Positions 27,285 through 37,107 of a DNA stretch of 64,000 nt are shown one piece after another. Below the pieces are notes generated by a model. It made no database searches. It saw only the letters and a program-made list of their open reading frames with translations, and was not told the DNA's origin. The position numbers were made by a program, and so were the translations under genes. The DNA is from an uncultured Alphaproteobacteria bacterium. Its GTDB lineage: Bacteria; Pseudomonadota; Alphaproteobacteria; Caulobacterales; Hyphomonadaceae. Each line of letters starts with the position of its first letter. The first letter of the stretch is position 1. The stretch spans positions 253,364 through 317,363 of the forward strand of contig CAWIKY010000007.1 of assembly GCA_963836905.1 (NCBI GenBank). Direction: 5' to 3'.

Positions 27285-30200
27285 TGACAGATCACCAACC
27301 TGACCGCCCGGACGGCTATGAGGACGCTGTTTCCGCCCAGAAACAGGCTGCGCTGCCGGACATCTCCGCCTGGGTCTCGGCCAATGCCGGGTCCGGCAAG
27401 ACGAAAGTGCTGATCGACCGTGTCGCCCGCCTGCTTTTAAAGGGCGCGAACCCGGATGCGATCCTCTGCGTCACCTACACCAAGGCGGCGGCCAGCGAGA
27501 TGCAAAAACGCCTGTTCGAACGGCTGGGCGAATGGTCGGTCATGGCCGACCGTGATCTGAACAGGGATTTGACCGCGCTTCAGGGCCGCGACGAGACCGA
27601 CTATGACGCCGCTGATCTCGGGCGCGCGAGAACGCTCTTTGCACGCGCGCTGGAAACGCCCGGCGGACTGCGCATCGAGACGATCCACGCCTTTTGCGGA
27701 CGCGTCCTGAAGCGCTTTCCACTCGAAGCCGGCGTGCCGCCGGGGTTTCGGGAACTCGACGAGACTGAAAGCGACCGGCTGCAGGCCGAGGCCATCGATA
27801 CGGGTCTTGCCAAGGGTTTGCGTGACCACGCGTATGAGGCCGCGTTCGACCGGGTCTGCGCAGCGATGGGCGGGCTCGGCATTGATGAGGCGTTCAACAT
27901 CGTTCTGGCCGACCGCAGCAAGCTGGCCAGGTTCCTGCACTATGCGCCGGATGCCCACAGCGCCAGAACCGCCATCCTGAAAGCGCTCGACGCACCCGAT
28001 AAAAGCCTGGCCGACCTGCTGGACGGCATGACGGGGTCCGGTCTGCCACTGGCGGAGATACGCGCAGCCGTCGCGAAGCTGGGCGGTGCGGACAAGCCGT
28101 CCGACATGAAACTTGAGGCGGCGCTGCGGGCGGTTCTTGAAACTCAGGACACCGCCAAACGCTGGGACATTTACAGCGGTATCTTCTTCACCGGCGGCGG
28201 AGACTGGCGCAAGGCCAACCCCTACACCAAGGCTTATCAGGGCTCGGTTGTGTCCGATCTCTTCTGCATGAAACCTTCCGAGGGGGAGGATACCGGACGC
28301 GAAGTCTCGCGCATACAGATCCTCTATGAACAGCTTTTGTCGCTGACCCTGGTCGAGCGCACGCTGGACCTGGTTGCGCTCGCACGGCCGATTGTTGCCG
28401 AACACGCCGTTCTGAAACAGCGCCTTGGCGGGCTGGATTTCGACGATCTGATCCTGAAGACGGCCGATCTTGTGACCCGTCCGGGGCTCGCCGAATGGGT
28501 GCTCTACAAGCTCGATGGCGGTCTCTCGCATGTGCTGCTGGACGAAGCGCAGGATACCAGCCCCGACCAGTGGCGTATCCTGAATGCGCTGACTGACGAG
28601 TTCTTCGACGGCAAAGGCGCAAGCGAGTTCTTGCGGACGCGGTTCGTCGTCGGCGACAAGAAGCAGTCGATCTACTCCTTTCAGGGCGCGGACCCGGAGC
28701 GCTTCATCTCGGAGCGCCAGCTCTTTGCCGCGATGTCGGACCGCCCTGATATCCGCCTGCCTGAAATGGAAATGTCGTTCCGGTCTGTTCCGCAGGTCCT
28801 GACATATGTCGACGCCGTCTTTGCCGCCGACCGGTTCGATACCGCGACCGCGCCGTTTTCGGTCAACCCGCCGGACGAGGCCGACATCACCCGCCACACC
28901 TCGTTCAGAGGCACGCATGCCGGTTGCGTCGAGATCTGGCCGATCACGCAGGCCGAAGAGGCCGGTGAGAACGAGGTGCCCGAACTTCCGCCGGTCGATA
29001 TGGAACTGCCCGGCAATGTGAAGATCACGCTGGCCGGGGAGATCGCCGCCAAGGTCGAGGCGCTGCTGGCGGGGGAGGATGGCGGAATCTGCGCACGCAT
29101 TGACGGGCAGGAGACGGTCAGGACACCCGTCGCTGGCGACATTCTCATTCTCGTGCCGACCCGCAACCAGATGTTCTATCCGGTCATCGACGCGCTCAAG
29201 AAGGCGGCCATTCCGGTCGCCGGTGCGGACCGGTTTGACCTTCTGGCAACAGCGGCGGTTCAGGACCTCCTGAACCTCATCCGCTTCGTTCTGCTGCCGG
29301 AAGACGATCTGGTGCTTGCCGAGATCATTCGCGGGCCGTTCGCCAACCTGCTGGATGACGATAATCATCTCTTCCCGCTGGCCTACGGGCGCGGCGAGGA
29401 CAGCCTCTGGTCGCGGCTGCAAGCCTCCGATGTTCCGGAGCACCTCAAGCTGACCGCGTTTCTTCAAGGCTGTCTGCGCGCCGCCAACCGGTCGGCCTAT
29501 GATTTCCTGTCCGGTGTGCTGGAAACGCTTGATGAGGACCGCCTGACCGGCTGGGAAGCCCTTTTTGCGCGGTTCGGCCCTTCGGTGCGTGACCCGGTCG
29601 AAACGCTGATGTCAAAAGCGCTTGAGGCGCGGGGGCAGCTCGGCGCATCGTTGCAGAGCTTCCTGCATGCGCTGGAACAGGCCGGAGGCGAGGTCAAGCG
29701 CGAGCTTTCGGGCGATACCGGTCAGGTCCGCGTGATGACGGTGCATGGTGCCAAAGGGCTTGAGGCGCCGATCGTGATCCTGCCGGAAACAACGAAAGAC
29801 CCGACCAAGGGGCACAGCAAGGTCTTCCCCTATGACGAGGAGGGTACGCCGGTCTGGCTGAAGACCAAAGGCGATGACAGCCAGCGTGCTTCGGCGCTTC
29901 GGGAGCTGGAAGACAAACGCATACAGGCGGAAAAACGTCGCCAGCTTTATGTAGCGCTGACACGGGCCAAGGACCGGCTCATCATCTGCGGCACGTTTGC
30001 GGGCAGGTCCGGAGAGGACGCGACAGGCTATCCGGATGGGAGCTGGTATAAATATTGCCTCGAGGGGATGGCAGCCCTCTGCCCCGATGCCGACTTCTCC
30101 GACACGGTGCGCTTTGGCGAGCCCCCCGCTTTGCCGGAGGCCGCGAGGCTTGCGGACGGGAGCGATAGCAAGGCAGCGGCAAAGCCGGTTTGGTTGCGCG

Positions 30201-30826
30201 CCCCTGCGCCCCGCGAATCGGGAAAAGCGGTCCTGCGATCTCCGTCGCAGCTGCTTGCCGGGGACGCACCCGTCATTCCCCCGTTCGGAGACGGCTATAA
30301 GGAGCGGTTCCGACGTGGACGGCTCATCCACACACTGCTTCAGGTTCTGCCGGGTATCGTGCCCGACGCCCGCAGAGCCCATGCGAATGCCTGGCTCGAG
30401 AAGACGCTTGGCGGGGAGGAGGCAGACCTCGCCGCAAGCATTCTGAAGGATGTTTTCGGCGTTCTGGACGATCCGGTGTTTGCAAACGTTTTCGGGCCGG
30501 GAAGCCGCGCGGAAGTGCCGGTTGTCGGTACAGGCGCACACCTGCCGAAGGGCATGATCCTGAATGGCCGGGTCGACCGGCTCGTCATTACGCCGGAAGA
30601 GTTTCTGATCGTCGATTACAAGACGGACCGCCCCCCGCCAGCAAGCGAAGACGATGTGGCCAGCGCCTATCTGGTGCAAATGGCCGCCTATGGCGACGTG
30701 CTCGCCAGCGCCTGGCCGGACCGCGAGATCAAATGCGCACTGATCTGGACTGATGGCCCGCATCTGATGACGCTATCGGAGTCACGTTTGAGAGAGGTGC
30801 TTGCGAAGGCCGGGAAACACCTTTGA
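27284..30826 (+). CDS. addA: double-strand break repair helicase AddA (UvrD-like helicase plus C-terminal nuclease)
   Basis: Walker A ANAGSGKTKVL, DEAQDTSP, VMTVHGAKGLEAPIV, and nuclease motif GRVDRLV...IVDYKTD. The ATG at 27284 overlaps the addB stop. An alternative start is at 27266. Confidence 0.9.
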   Translation: MTDHQPDRPDGYEDAVSAQKQAALPDISAWVSANAGSGKTKVLIDRVARLLLKGANPDAILCVTYTKAAASEMQKRLFERLGEWSVMADRDLNRDLTALQGRDETDYDAADLGRARTLFARALETPGGLRIETIHAFCGRVLKRFPLEAGVPPGFRELDETESDRLQAEAIDTGLAKGLRDHAYEAAFDRVCAAMGGLGIDEAFNIVLADRSKLARFLHYAPDAHSARTAILKALDAPDKSLADLLDGMTGSGLPLAEIRAAVAKLGGADKPSDMKLEAALRAVLETQDTAKRWDIYSGIFFTGGGDWRKANPYTKAYQGSVVSDLFCMKPSEGEDTGREVSRIQILYEQLLSLTLVERTLDLVALARPIVAEHAVLKQRLGGLDFDDLILKTADLVTRPGLAEWVLYKLDGGLSHVLLDEAQDTSPDQWRILNALTDEFFDGKGASEFLRTRFVVGDKKQSIYSFQGADPERFISERQLFAAMSDRPDIRLPEMEMSFRSVPQVLTYVDAVFAADRFDTATAPFSVNPPDEADITRHTSFRGTHAGCVEIWPITQAEEAGENEVPELPPVDMELPGNVKITLAGEIAAKVEALLAGEDGGICARIDGQETVRTPVAGDILILVPTRNQMFYPVIDALKKAAIPVAGADRFDLLATAAVQDLLNLIRFVLLPEDDLVLAEIIRGPFANLLDDDNHLFPLAYGRGEDSLWSRLQASDVPEHLKLTAFLQGCLRAANRSAYDFLSGVLETLDEDRLTGWEALFARFGPSVRDPVETLMSKALEARGQLGASLQSFLHALEQAGGEVKRELSGDTGQVRVMTVHGAKGLEAPIVILPETTKDPTKGHSKVFPYDEEGTPVWLKTKGDDSQRASALRELEDKRIQAEKRRQLYVALTRAKDRLIICGTFAGRSGEDATGYPDGSWYKYCLEGMAALCPDADFSDTVRFGEPPALPEAARLADGSDSKAAAKPVWLRAPAPRESGKAVLRSPSQLLAGDAPVIPPFGDGYKERFRRGRLIHTLLQVLPGIVPDARRAHANAWLEKTLGGEEADLAASILKDVFGVLDDPVFANVFGPGSRAEVPVVGTGAHLPKGMILNGRVDRLVITPEEFLIVDYKTDRPPPASEDDVASAYLVQMAAYGDVLASAWPDREIKCALIWTDGPHLMTLSESRLREVLAKAGKHL

Positions 30827-30884
30827 AGCCTCCTCTACCCGTGCCTATGTTGAAGACTGAGATTCGCAGGAAGAGGAACGGCAC

Positions 30885-31208
30885 ATGCCCGCAGCAAAGA
30901 TTACCGACGACAATTTCGATACAGACGTACTGGGTGCCGACACCCCGGTCATCGTAGACTTCTGGGCGGAATGGTGCGGTCCCTGCAAGCAGATGTCGCC
31001 GCATCTTGAAGCGCTCGCCGACGACATGGATGGCAAGGTGAAGATCGCCAAGCTGAACGTCGACGAGAACCCGATGATCACGTCTAAATACGGCGTGCGC
31101 GGTCTGCCGACGCTTATCCTCTTCAAGGAAGGCAAGGTCGCCGCCACCCATCTCGGAGCCATGTCGAAGCAACGCATCGAGGAATGGATCAAGAAGGAAA
31201 GCGCCTGA
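30885..31208 (+). CDS. trxA: thioredoxin
   Basis: 107 aa. WAEWCGPCK active site. Confidence 0.95.
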   Translation: MPAAKITDDNFDTDVLGADTPVIVDFWAEWCGPCKQMSPHLEALADDMDGKVKIAKLNVDENPMITSKYGVRGLPTLILFKEGKVAATHLGAMSKQRIEEWIKKESA

Positions 31209-31234
31209 TGCTTGCCGTGTGAGACCGGCGCCGC

Positions 31235-32008
31235 CTAGTCGTCCGGTTCGCGGGCGATTCTCGCCTTGCCGCGGCCAACCGCCAGCGCCTTGATCGCGCC
31301 TCTGAAGGTGCGCACTTCCTGCCGGGTCCAGCCTGCCCGGGCGAAAGCCGAGCGCAGGTTTGCCACCATCACCGTTCGCTTTTCCGCCGGGTAGAAAAAA
31401 CCCGCGCGGTCAAGTTCGGTCTCGAAATGCTCCATCATGCCGATCAGGTCCGCTTTCGGGGCGGCCGGTTCACTCATGGCAGGTGTGAGCGGACTTTCCT
31501 GCACCGCATGTTCGGCCCAGGCATGCGCGAACGCGCCTACCGCCTGCGCCAGATTGAGTGATGAGAAACCTGCGTCGACCGGATAGGTCAGGATGGCATC
31601 GGCCACGGCAACGGCCTCGTTCGGCAAGCCGGATTTCTCAGCGCCAAAGAGAATACCGGACCGTCCGGTCTCTTTACTTAGCCGCTTGATCGCCTGCGCT
31701 GTCGAATAGACCGGTTTTTCCAGCCCGCGCTGGCGCGCCGTGGTGGCCAGAACCAGCGTCAGATCGGCGATGGCGTCCGACAGATCATCAAAGACGCTCG
31801 CCGTTACCCCGGCGTCGAATGCACCGGCGCTCATGGTCTGCGCAGCCGCATTAGGCCAGCCATCGCGGGGGGCAACGATGCGAAGGTCGGTCAGACCGAA
31901 ATTGCGCATGACGCGGGCCGACGCGCCGATGTTCTCGCCCATTTGCGGCGCAACGAGAATAATCGCGGGGGCCGCGCTCTCAAGCATTCTTGGCAAGCTG
32001 TCCGCCAT
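31235..32008 (-). CDS. SpoU/TrmH-family RNA 2'-O-methyltransferase, TrmJ-like
   Basis: 257 aa. ILVAPQMGENIGASARVMRNFG, and the LFGAEKSGL and SLNLAQAV knot motifs. Confidence 0.8.
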   Translation of the reverse strand: MADSLPRMLESAAPAIILVAPQMGENIGASARVMRNFGLTDLRIVAPRDGWPNAAAQTMSAGAFDAGVTASVFDDLSDAIADLTLVLATTARQRGLEKPVYSTAQAIKRLSKETGRSGILFGAEKSGLPNEAVAVADAILTYPVDAGFSSLNLAQAVGAFAHAWAEHAVQESPLTPAMSEPAAPKADLIGMMEHFETELDRAGFFYPAEKRTVMVANLRSAFARAGWTRQEVRTFRGAIKALAVGRGKARIAREPDD

Positions 32009-32771
32009 CGACGCGAATGGCGACCCCGTTCATGTATGACGAAGATGGAAGGCAGCAGTTCAGCGTGACGTGGGCGACTTCCTCGGGATAGCCGTACCGG
32101 CGAAGCGGAACGCGCCGCTTGGCGAAGATTTCCTTGTGCTCGTCGGCAATGCCTTCAGTGATGCCGGTATGGATCGGACCGGGGCAGACACAGTTGACGG
32201 TGATCCCCTGACGGCCAAGTTCGGTCGCCATGGCCCGCGTCAGCCCGATAACGCCATGTTTTGCCGCCACATAGGGCGAGTTCATCGGCGTTGCGCCCAT
32301 GCCTTCGGTCGAGGCGATATTGACCACTCGCCCCTCGCCGGATTTGACCAGATGCGGCAGCGCGGCGCGAACCATGCGCTGGTGAGCGGTCAGCATGACC
32401 GAGACCGAGCGATCCCACACATCGTCATAGCTCTCGTCGTCAAACGAGACCGGACGCGCAAACCCTGCATTGTTGACCAGAATATCGAGACCGCCGAACC
32501 GCTCCACGACCTGTTCGATCACCACCGGAATGGCTTTCGCATCCGAGACATCCAGAGCGCTTCCGGCAACCGTATCGAAACCGGCCTCGCGGATTTCCAG
32601 ACACACGGCGTCGACCGCTTCCTGATCCAGATCGATCAGCGCGACGTTCGCGCCTTCGCGGGCAAACAAGTGCGCGGTTGCCCGGCCCATGCCGCTGGCC
32701 GCGCCCGTCACAAGAGCGGTCTTGCCGGAAATGGAGCGGTTGAGTTCCCGATAGGGCAGATGGCGGGTCAT
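31980..32771 (-). CDS. SDR family oxidoreductase
   Basis: TALVTGAASGMG cofactor loop, NNAG, and catalytic YVAAKHG. Start set to the ATG at 32771 (GAGGA upstream). Confidence 0.85.
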   Translation of the reverse strand: MTRHLPYRELNRSISGKTALVTGAASGMGRATAHLFAREGANVALIDLDQEAVDAVCLEIREAGFDTVAGSALDVSDAKAIPVVIEQVVERFGGLDILVNNAGFARPVSFDDESYDDVWDRSVSVMLTAHQRMVRAALPHLVKSGEGRVVNIASTEGMGATPMNSPYVAAKHGVIGLTRAMATELGRQGITVNCVCPGPIHTGITEGIADEHKEIFAKRRVPLRRYGYPEEVAHVTLNCCLPSSSYMNGVAIRVDGGQLAKNA

Positions 32772-32902
32772 GATAGCGGCGTCCTCGAACTGTTCGTGTT
32801 TGCGCCGGACTTTGGCTGCCACACGGGCCCGACGTCAATCTGCGCGGGGCAGACAGGCACACTTGCAGCTTCCGCGAGACGCAAGATTTGTGTATGGTTC
32901 GC

Positions 32903-32916
32903 TGTGTTTATACACA
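32903..32916. promoter_or_regulatory. palindrome TGTGT-ttat-ACACA, candidate VapB operator
   Basis: Lies 17-30 nt upstream of the vapB ATG, in a locally AT-rich stretch. Confidence 0.3.
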
Positions 32917-32932
32917 TGACGTCGAGGTGAGC

Positions 32933-33127
32933 ATGCGAACGAATATCGAAATCGAAGAGAGATTGATCCGCGATGCGATGAAGGCGACCGGCCTTGCCAC
33001 CAAGAAGGACACCGTACGGGCTGGCTTGCAGCTTCTCCTCAAAATGTCCGCGCAGCGCGATGTCAGAACCCTGCGAGGCAGCCTCAACTGGGATGGCGAT
33101 CTCGATGACATGCGCCGCGACCGGTGA
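32933..33127 (+). CDS. vapB: type II toxin-antitoxin system VapB-family antitoxin
   Basis: 64 aa starting at the ATG at 32933 (GAGGTGA upstream). MRTNIEIEERLIRDAMKATGLATKKDTVRAGLQLLL is a typical antitoxin N-terminus. Confidence 0.75.
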   Translation: MRTNIEIEERLIRDAMKATGLATKKDTVRAGLQLLLKMSAQRDVRTLRGSLNWDGDLDDMRRDR

Positions 33128-33130
33128 TCC

Positions 33131-33520
33131 TTGTCGAACAGTTCCGTCTGGATCGATTTCTTCAACGGGCAATCAACGCCCCGCACGGATGCGCTTGACG
33201 CGATGCTTGGCCGCGAGCGGATCGTCGTCGGTGACCTCATTCTGACAGAAGTATTGCAGGGCTTTCGGCGGGAAAGCGACTTTGCAAAGGCGAAGACGGC
33301 GCTGGAGAGCTTTGAGGTTCGGGCCATGCTCGGACCGGAGCGCGCGGTCAGTGCTGCGCGTGCCTATCGCCTGCTACGCGCGCGCGGTGTGACCGTTCGC
33401 AAGACCATCGACGTGATGATCGGTGCTTTCTGCATCGATGAAGGCTTTGTCCTACTGCACGACGACCGGGACTTCGACCCCATGGTGGACGTTCTGGGCC
33501 TGAAGGTCTGGCAAGCCTAG
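33131..33520 (+). CDS. vapC: VapC PIN-domain toxin with a disrupted canonical N-terminus (longest intact frame starts at TTG 33131)
   Basis: SSVWIDFF..., LTEVLQG, DVMIGAFC, and LLHDDRDFD are PIN acidic-residue contexts. The expected GTG at 33124 (GTGA overlap with vapB) is out of frame by one base. Confidence 0.7.
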   Translation: MSNSSVWIDFFNGQSTPRTDALDAMLGRERIVVGDLILTEVLQGFRRESDFAKAKTALESFEVRAMLGPERAVSAARAYRLLRARGVTVRKTIDVMIGAFCIDEGFVLLHDDRDFDPMVDVLGLKVWQA

Positions 33521-33532
33521 CGTCAACAGTCC

Positions 33533-34549
33533 CTAGAACATCTTCCCGCCGAACCGCCGCGTGCGTGTGCGACGCCCCTTCGACTTGATATGCGTCGAAA
33601 TACGCTTGTGTGCAAACATCAGTTTTTCGCGCATCGCAGGCGTCAGCACAAAAGGATAGAGGTCCTGCAATCCCATCGACCGGTTCACCTGGTTCAGTGA
33701 AATGCCCAGCTCGGCACCCGCCGAGATCAGGGCTGCGCTGTCGGTCTCGCGGTAGGCGTCATAGCGATTGTTCGACAGCGTTCTGGTTTTCAATCCCGTG
33801 GAGACCGCGCTGTCGACGATATCGGTGAGATGCATGATGTGGGCCGTCGTTTCGGCCCAGTCTTCGTGCGGATGACTGGCCGCATAACGGGTGACGTGGG
33901 CGGTTTCCCAACCAGGGGCCGGGCCATTGGCGTAATAGGCCTCAAGAGCGGCACCATAATCGGCCCGTTCATCGCCCATCAGCGTTCGAAACGAGGTCTC
34001 GAAGCCTTTCTTCTCGCCGAGCCGGATAAAGAGATAATGTGCGATCTCGTGCCGGAAGTGACCAATCATGGTGCGTAGACGTTCGGCCATGTCCTCGCGG
34101 CGCTGGGTGCGCTCAACAGGATCGGACTCCATCACGTTGATGGTGATGAGGCCTTCGTCGTGACCCATGATGACCATTGCGGGGCCAGCGCGCGTTTCCT
34201 CTGCGAGCAAATGAAATCTCGGGGGCGGGCCGGGATCTTCGCTGGTGAACCAGCCCCACCGGGCAAGGTTTGCCAGAACCCAGCGCTTGGCATCCTCGGC
34301 ATCGGCCCAGAGCCTCTGATGCTCGGTCTTGAACTTGTCAGGAATGACTTCAGTCATGGCGCAGGACTGACAAAGGTCACGTCCAGGTGCCGTCCAGTTG
34401 CAGCCGATTTCCGCGCGGTTGGAACACGGCGTATCGGCGCGAACAAACGTACCGCTTTCTGAATCGAACGCGATCTCGGTTCCGCAGGCACATGACAGGT
34501 TGCGAAAGAAGACCGGTTGGCGGCAATCCGGGCATGAGAAGATTTGCAT
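33533..34549 (-). CDS. zinc-ribbon plus putative zinc metallopeptidase (HExxH) family protein
   Basis: 338 aa. N-terminal CPDCRQPVFFRNLSCACG zinc ribbon, an internal HFRHEIAHY (HExxH) motif, and no signal peptide. Confidence 0.65.
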   Translation of the reverse strand: MQIFSCPDCRQPVFFRNLSCACGTEIAFDSESGTFVRADTPCSNRAEIGCNWTAPGRDLCQSCAMTEVIPDKFKTEHQRLWADAEDAKRWVLANLARWGWFTSEDPGPPPRFHLLAEETRAGPAMVIMGHDEGLITINVMESDPVERTQRREDMAERLRTMIGHFRHEIAHYLFIRLGEKKGFETSFRTLMGDERADYGAALEAYYANGPAPGWETAHVTRYAASHPHEDWAETTAHIMHLTDIVDSAVSTGLKTRTLSNNRYDAYRETDSAALISAGAELGISLNQVNRSMGLQDLYPFVLTPAMREKLMFAHKRISTHIKSKGRRTRTRRFGGKMF

Positions 34550-34770
34550 TTTTTTAAAGTCAGTCCAGTTCGGCAGGCCGCGTCACATGCGGGGTGTTGC
34601 GCGCTCATAACACATCAGACCGGGCCGGGTTCAATTGAATATCGGGCGGCTGGCAAGTGGTGAACGTCCGGTTCCGGTTTGACGGCTCTGCCGCCTCTGA
34701 TATGACCGGTTCAGGTTTATGACGACCGGGCCGCAGGGCCCGTCGCACAACAGTCGAAGGACGCGCGAAC

Positions 34771-35988
34771 ATGGCAAAAATCAAGGTCGAGAATCCCGTC
34801 GTCGAGCTCGACGGCGACGAGATGACACGCATCATCTGGCAGATGATCAAGGACAAGCTGATCCTGCCTTATCTCGATATCGATCTGAAATACTATGATC
34901 TGGGCATTGAGGCACGCGACGAGTTTGACGACCAGATCACCGTCGACAGCGCCAATGCGATCAAGAAATACGGCGTCGGCGTGAAATGCGCGACGATCAC
35001 CCCGGACGAGCAGCGCGTCGAAGAATTCGGCCTGAAGAAAATGTGGCGTTCGCCCAACGGAACGATCCGCAACATTCTCGGCGGGGTTGTCTTCCGCGAG
35101 CCGATCGTGATTTCCAATGTGCCGCGTCTGGTGCCCGGCTGGACCAAGCCCGTCGTGATCGGTCGTCATGCCTTTGGCGACCAGTACCGCGCGACTGACT
35201 TCCTCGTTCCCGGGCCCGGCAAGCTGACCCTGAAATGGCAGGGTGACAATGGCGATGTGATCGAGAAGGAAGTCCACCAGTTTCCGGAATCCGGCATCAC
35301 CATGGCGATGTACAACCATGATGACTCGATCCGCGACTTCGCGCGGGCCAGCTTCAATTTCGGTCTGCAGCGCAAATGGCCGGTCTACATGTCGACCAAG
35401 AACACCATCATGAAAGTCTATGACGGGCGCTTCAAGGACATCTTCCAGGAGATTTTCGACACCGAGTTTGCCGACAAGTTCGCAGAATTCGGCGGCACCT
35501 ACGAACACCGCCTGATCGACGACATGGTCGCCGCCTGCATGAAATGGTCCGGCGGATATGTCTGGGCGTGCAAGAACTATGATGGCGACGTGCAGTCCGA
35601 TACCGTGGCGCAGGGCTATGGCTCGCTCGGCCTGATGACCTCGGTTCTGATGAGCCCGGACGGAAAGACGGTCGAGGCCGAGGCGGCACACGGCACGGTG
35701 ACGCGCCATTACCGCAACCACCAGAAGGGCGAGGCGACCTCGACCAATTCGATTGCCTCGATCTTTGCCTGGACGCGGGGCCTTGCCCATCGCGGACGCA
35801 TGGACAACACGCCTGAAGTGACAAAGTTTGCCGAAGGCCTGGAAAAGACCGTCATCGAAACCGTAGAGGGCGGTCAGATGACCAAGGATCTGGCGCTTCT
35901 GATCGGTCCGGACCAAAGCTGGCTGACCACCGAAGGCTTCCTCGAAGCGGTGGCAAAGAACTTCGAAAAGGCGATGTCGGCCGCCTGA
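34771..35988 (+). CDS. icd: NADP-dependent isocitrate dehydrogenase (eukaryote-like homodimeric type)
   Basis: 405 aa. [23 protein letters not shown] start and the [12 protein letters not shown] motif. Confidence 0.95.
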   Translation: MAKIKVENPVVELDGDEMTRIIWQMIKDKLILPYLDIDLKYYDLGIEARDEFDDQITVDSANAIKKYGVGVKCATITPDEQRVEEFGLKKMWRSPNGTIRNILGGVVFREPIVISNVPRLVPGWTKPVVIGRHAFGDQYRATDFLVPGPGKLTLKWQGDNGDVIEKEVHQFPESGITMAMYNHDDSIRDFARASFNFGLQRKWPVYMSTKNTIMKVYDGRFKDIFQEIFDTEFADKFAEFGGTYEHRLIDDMVAACMKWSGGYVWACKNYDGDVQSDTVAQGYGSLGLMTSVLMSPDGKTVEAEAAHGTVTRHYRNHQKGEATSTNSIASIFAWTRGLAHRGRMDNTPEVTKFAEGLEKTVIETVEGGQMTKDLALLIGPDQSWLTTEGFLEAVAKNFEKAMSAA

Positions 35989-36018
35989 TCGGTCGGGCAC
36001 ACGCCCACCAAACCGCTC

Positions 36019-36051
36019 AAGGCACCGGTTTGATGAGCCGGTGCCTTTTTC
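36019..36051 (+). terminator. rho-independent terminator of icd
   Basis: Perfect 10-bp stem AAGGCACCGG/CCGGTGCCTT with a 9-nt loop, followed by a T run. Confidence 0.75.
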
Positions 36052-36122
36052 GTGCGATACGCTCAGCCCCGTGTGGCGGGAGGGTAGCGCCTGCGTGGCG
36101 GGGCAAGTCGGGGGAGGGATGA

Positions 36123-37058
36123 ATGCGCGAACAGGGCAAAACAGCAGACGCCGCGGTATCAGTCCTGCCCGCGATACTTGCAGGTGCCCTGGCGATCCTC
36201 GCAGGCTCAGGCATGGACGCTGCGATCAAGCATTACAGCGCGACGCAGCCCCTGATCATGATCGTATTCTGGCGGTTTGCGCTTGGAACGGCTCTGGTCG
36301 CGATTGTCTATTTCGCCAGCGGTCGGAGGCTTACCAGCTGGCAGGCGATGCGTTTTCACGCAATGCGTGGACTGGTGCATGTCGGGGCCGCCTACCTGTT
36401 CTTCGTCTCGCTCGGGAAGCTGGCGCTGGTCGAGGCTACGACCATAGGCTTTTCGGCGGCGCTGATGATCGGCCCGTTCGCGCGCATCGTGCTGAAAGAG
36501 CCGCTCAGCCGGGTATCGCTCCTCGCGGCAGCCATCGGTTTCGTCGGCGTGATCATCACGGCGTCGGGGCAATCGATGGATGCGGCGCTGACGAGCGACC
36601 GTATGATCGGCCTCGCCGCATGCCTTGTAGCTGCGGCGCTTTACGCGTTGTCGATCGTTCTGCTGCGGGCGCGCGCGGCAATCGATGGAGGCTTCGTTGT
36701 CGCTCTCTACGCCAACCTCTTCCCGGCGCTTTATATGGCCCTGCCCGCGCTCATCCTTGCGCCTCTGCCAAGCCTTGCCTTTGCGCCGGTGCTTCTGGCC
36801 ATCGCGGCCGCAGGCACGAGCATATGGGTGTTGATGACCTGGGCCTATGCCCGCGGCCCGGCGGCCCGCATCGCGCCGCTGGAATACACCGCCCTGCTCT
36901 GGAGCGCGGTGCTTGGCTGGGCGTTCTTTTCCGAGGTCCCGGGTCTGCGGCTCTGGATTGGTGCGGCCGTGATTATCGCCGCCTGTTCGCTGGTGTTGAT
37001 GGAAGACCGGATTGTCGGGCGCATGACAGCCCGCGCGGCAGGCGTTAAGCGCCAATAA
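36123..37058 (+). CDS. DMT (EamA) family transporter
   Basis: 311 aa with about 10 hydrophobic helices in two EamA-like halves. Confidence 0.8.
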   Translation: MREQGKTADAAVSVLPAILAGALAILAGSGMDAAIKHYSATQPLIMIVFWRFALGTALVAIVYFASGRRLTSWQAMRFHAMRGLVHVGAAYLFFVSLGKLALVEATTIGFSAALMIGPFARIVLKEPLSRVSLLAAAIGFVGVIITASGQSMDAALTSDRMIGLAACLVAAALYALSIVLLRARAAIDGGFVVALYANLFPALYMALPALILAPLPSLAFAPVLLAIAAAGTSIWVLMTWAYARGPAARIAPLEYTALLWSAVLGWAFFSEVPGLRLWIGAAVIIAACSLVLMEDRIVGRMTARAAGVKRQ

Positions 37059-37084
37059 AAAAGGGAGGCCGGAGCCTCCCTTTT
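37056..37084. terminator. bidirectional rho-independent terminator
   Basis: An A run, the stem GGGAGGC-cgga-GCCTCCC (37063-37080), then TTTT. It lies between the convergent DMT and TonB-dependent receptor genes. Confidence 0.75.
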
Positions 37085-37107
37085 CAGGTTTGAAATCTAC
37101 GGTCCGA

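Noticed and set aside
36041-37048. 335-aa alternative-frame ORF over the DMT transporter gene
   Set aside because: The frame at 36123-37058 gives regular hydrophobic helices typical of EamA transporters. The alternative frame gives an Arg/Gly/Cys-rich product.
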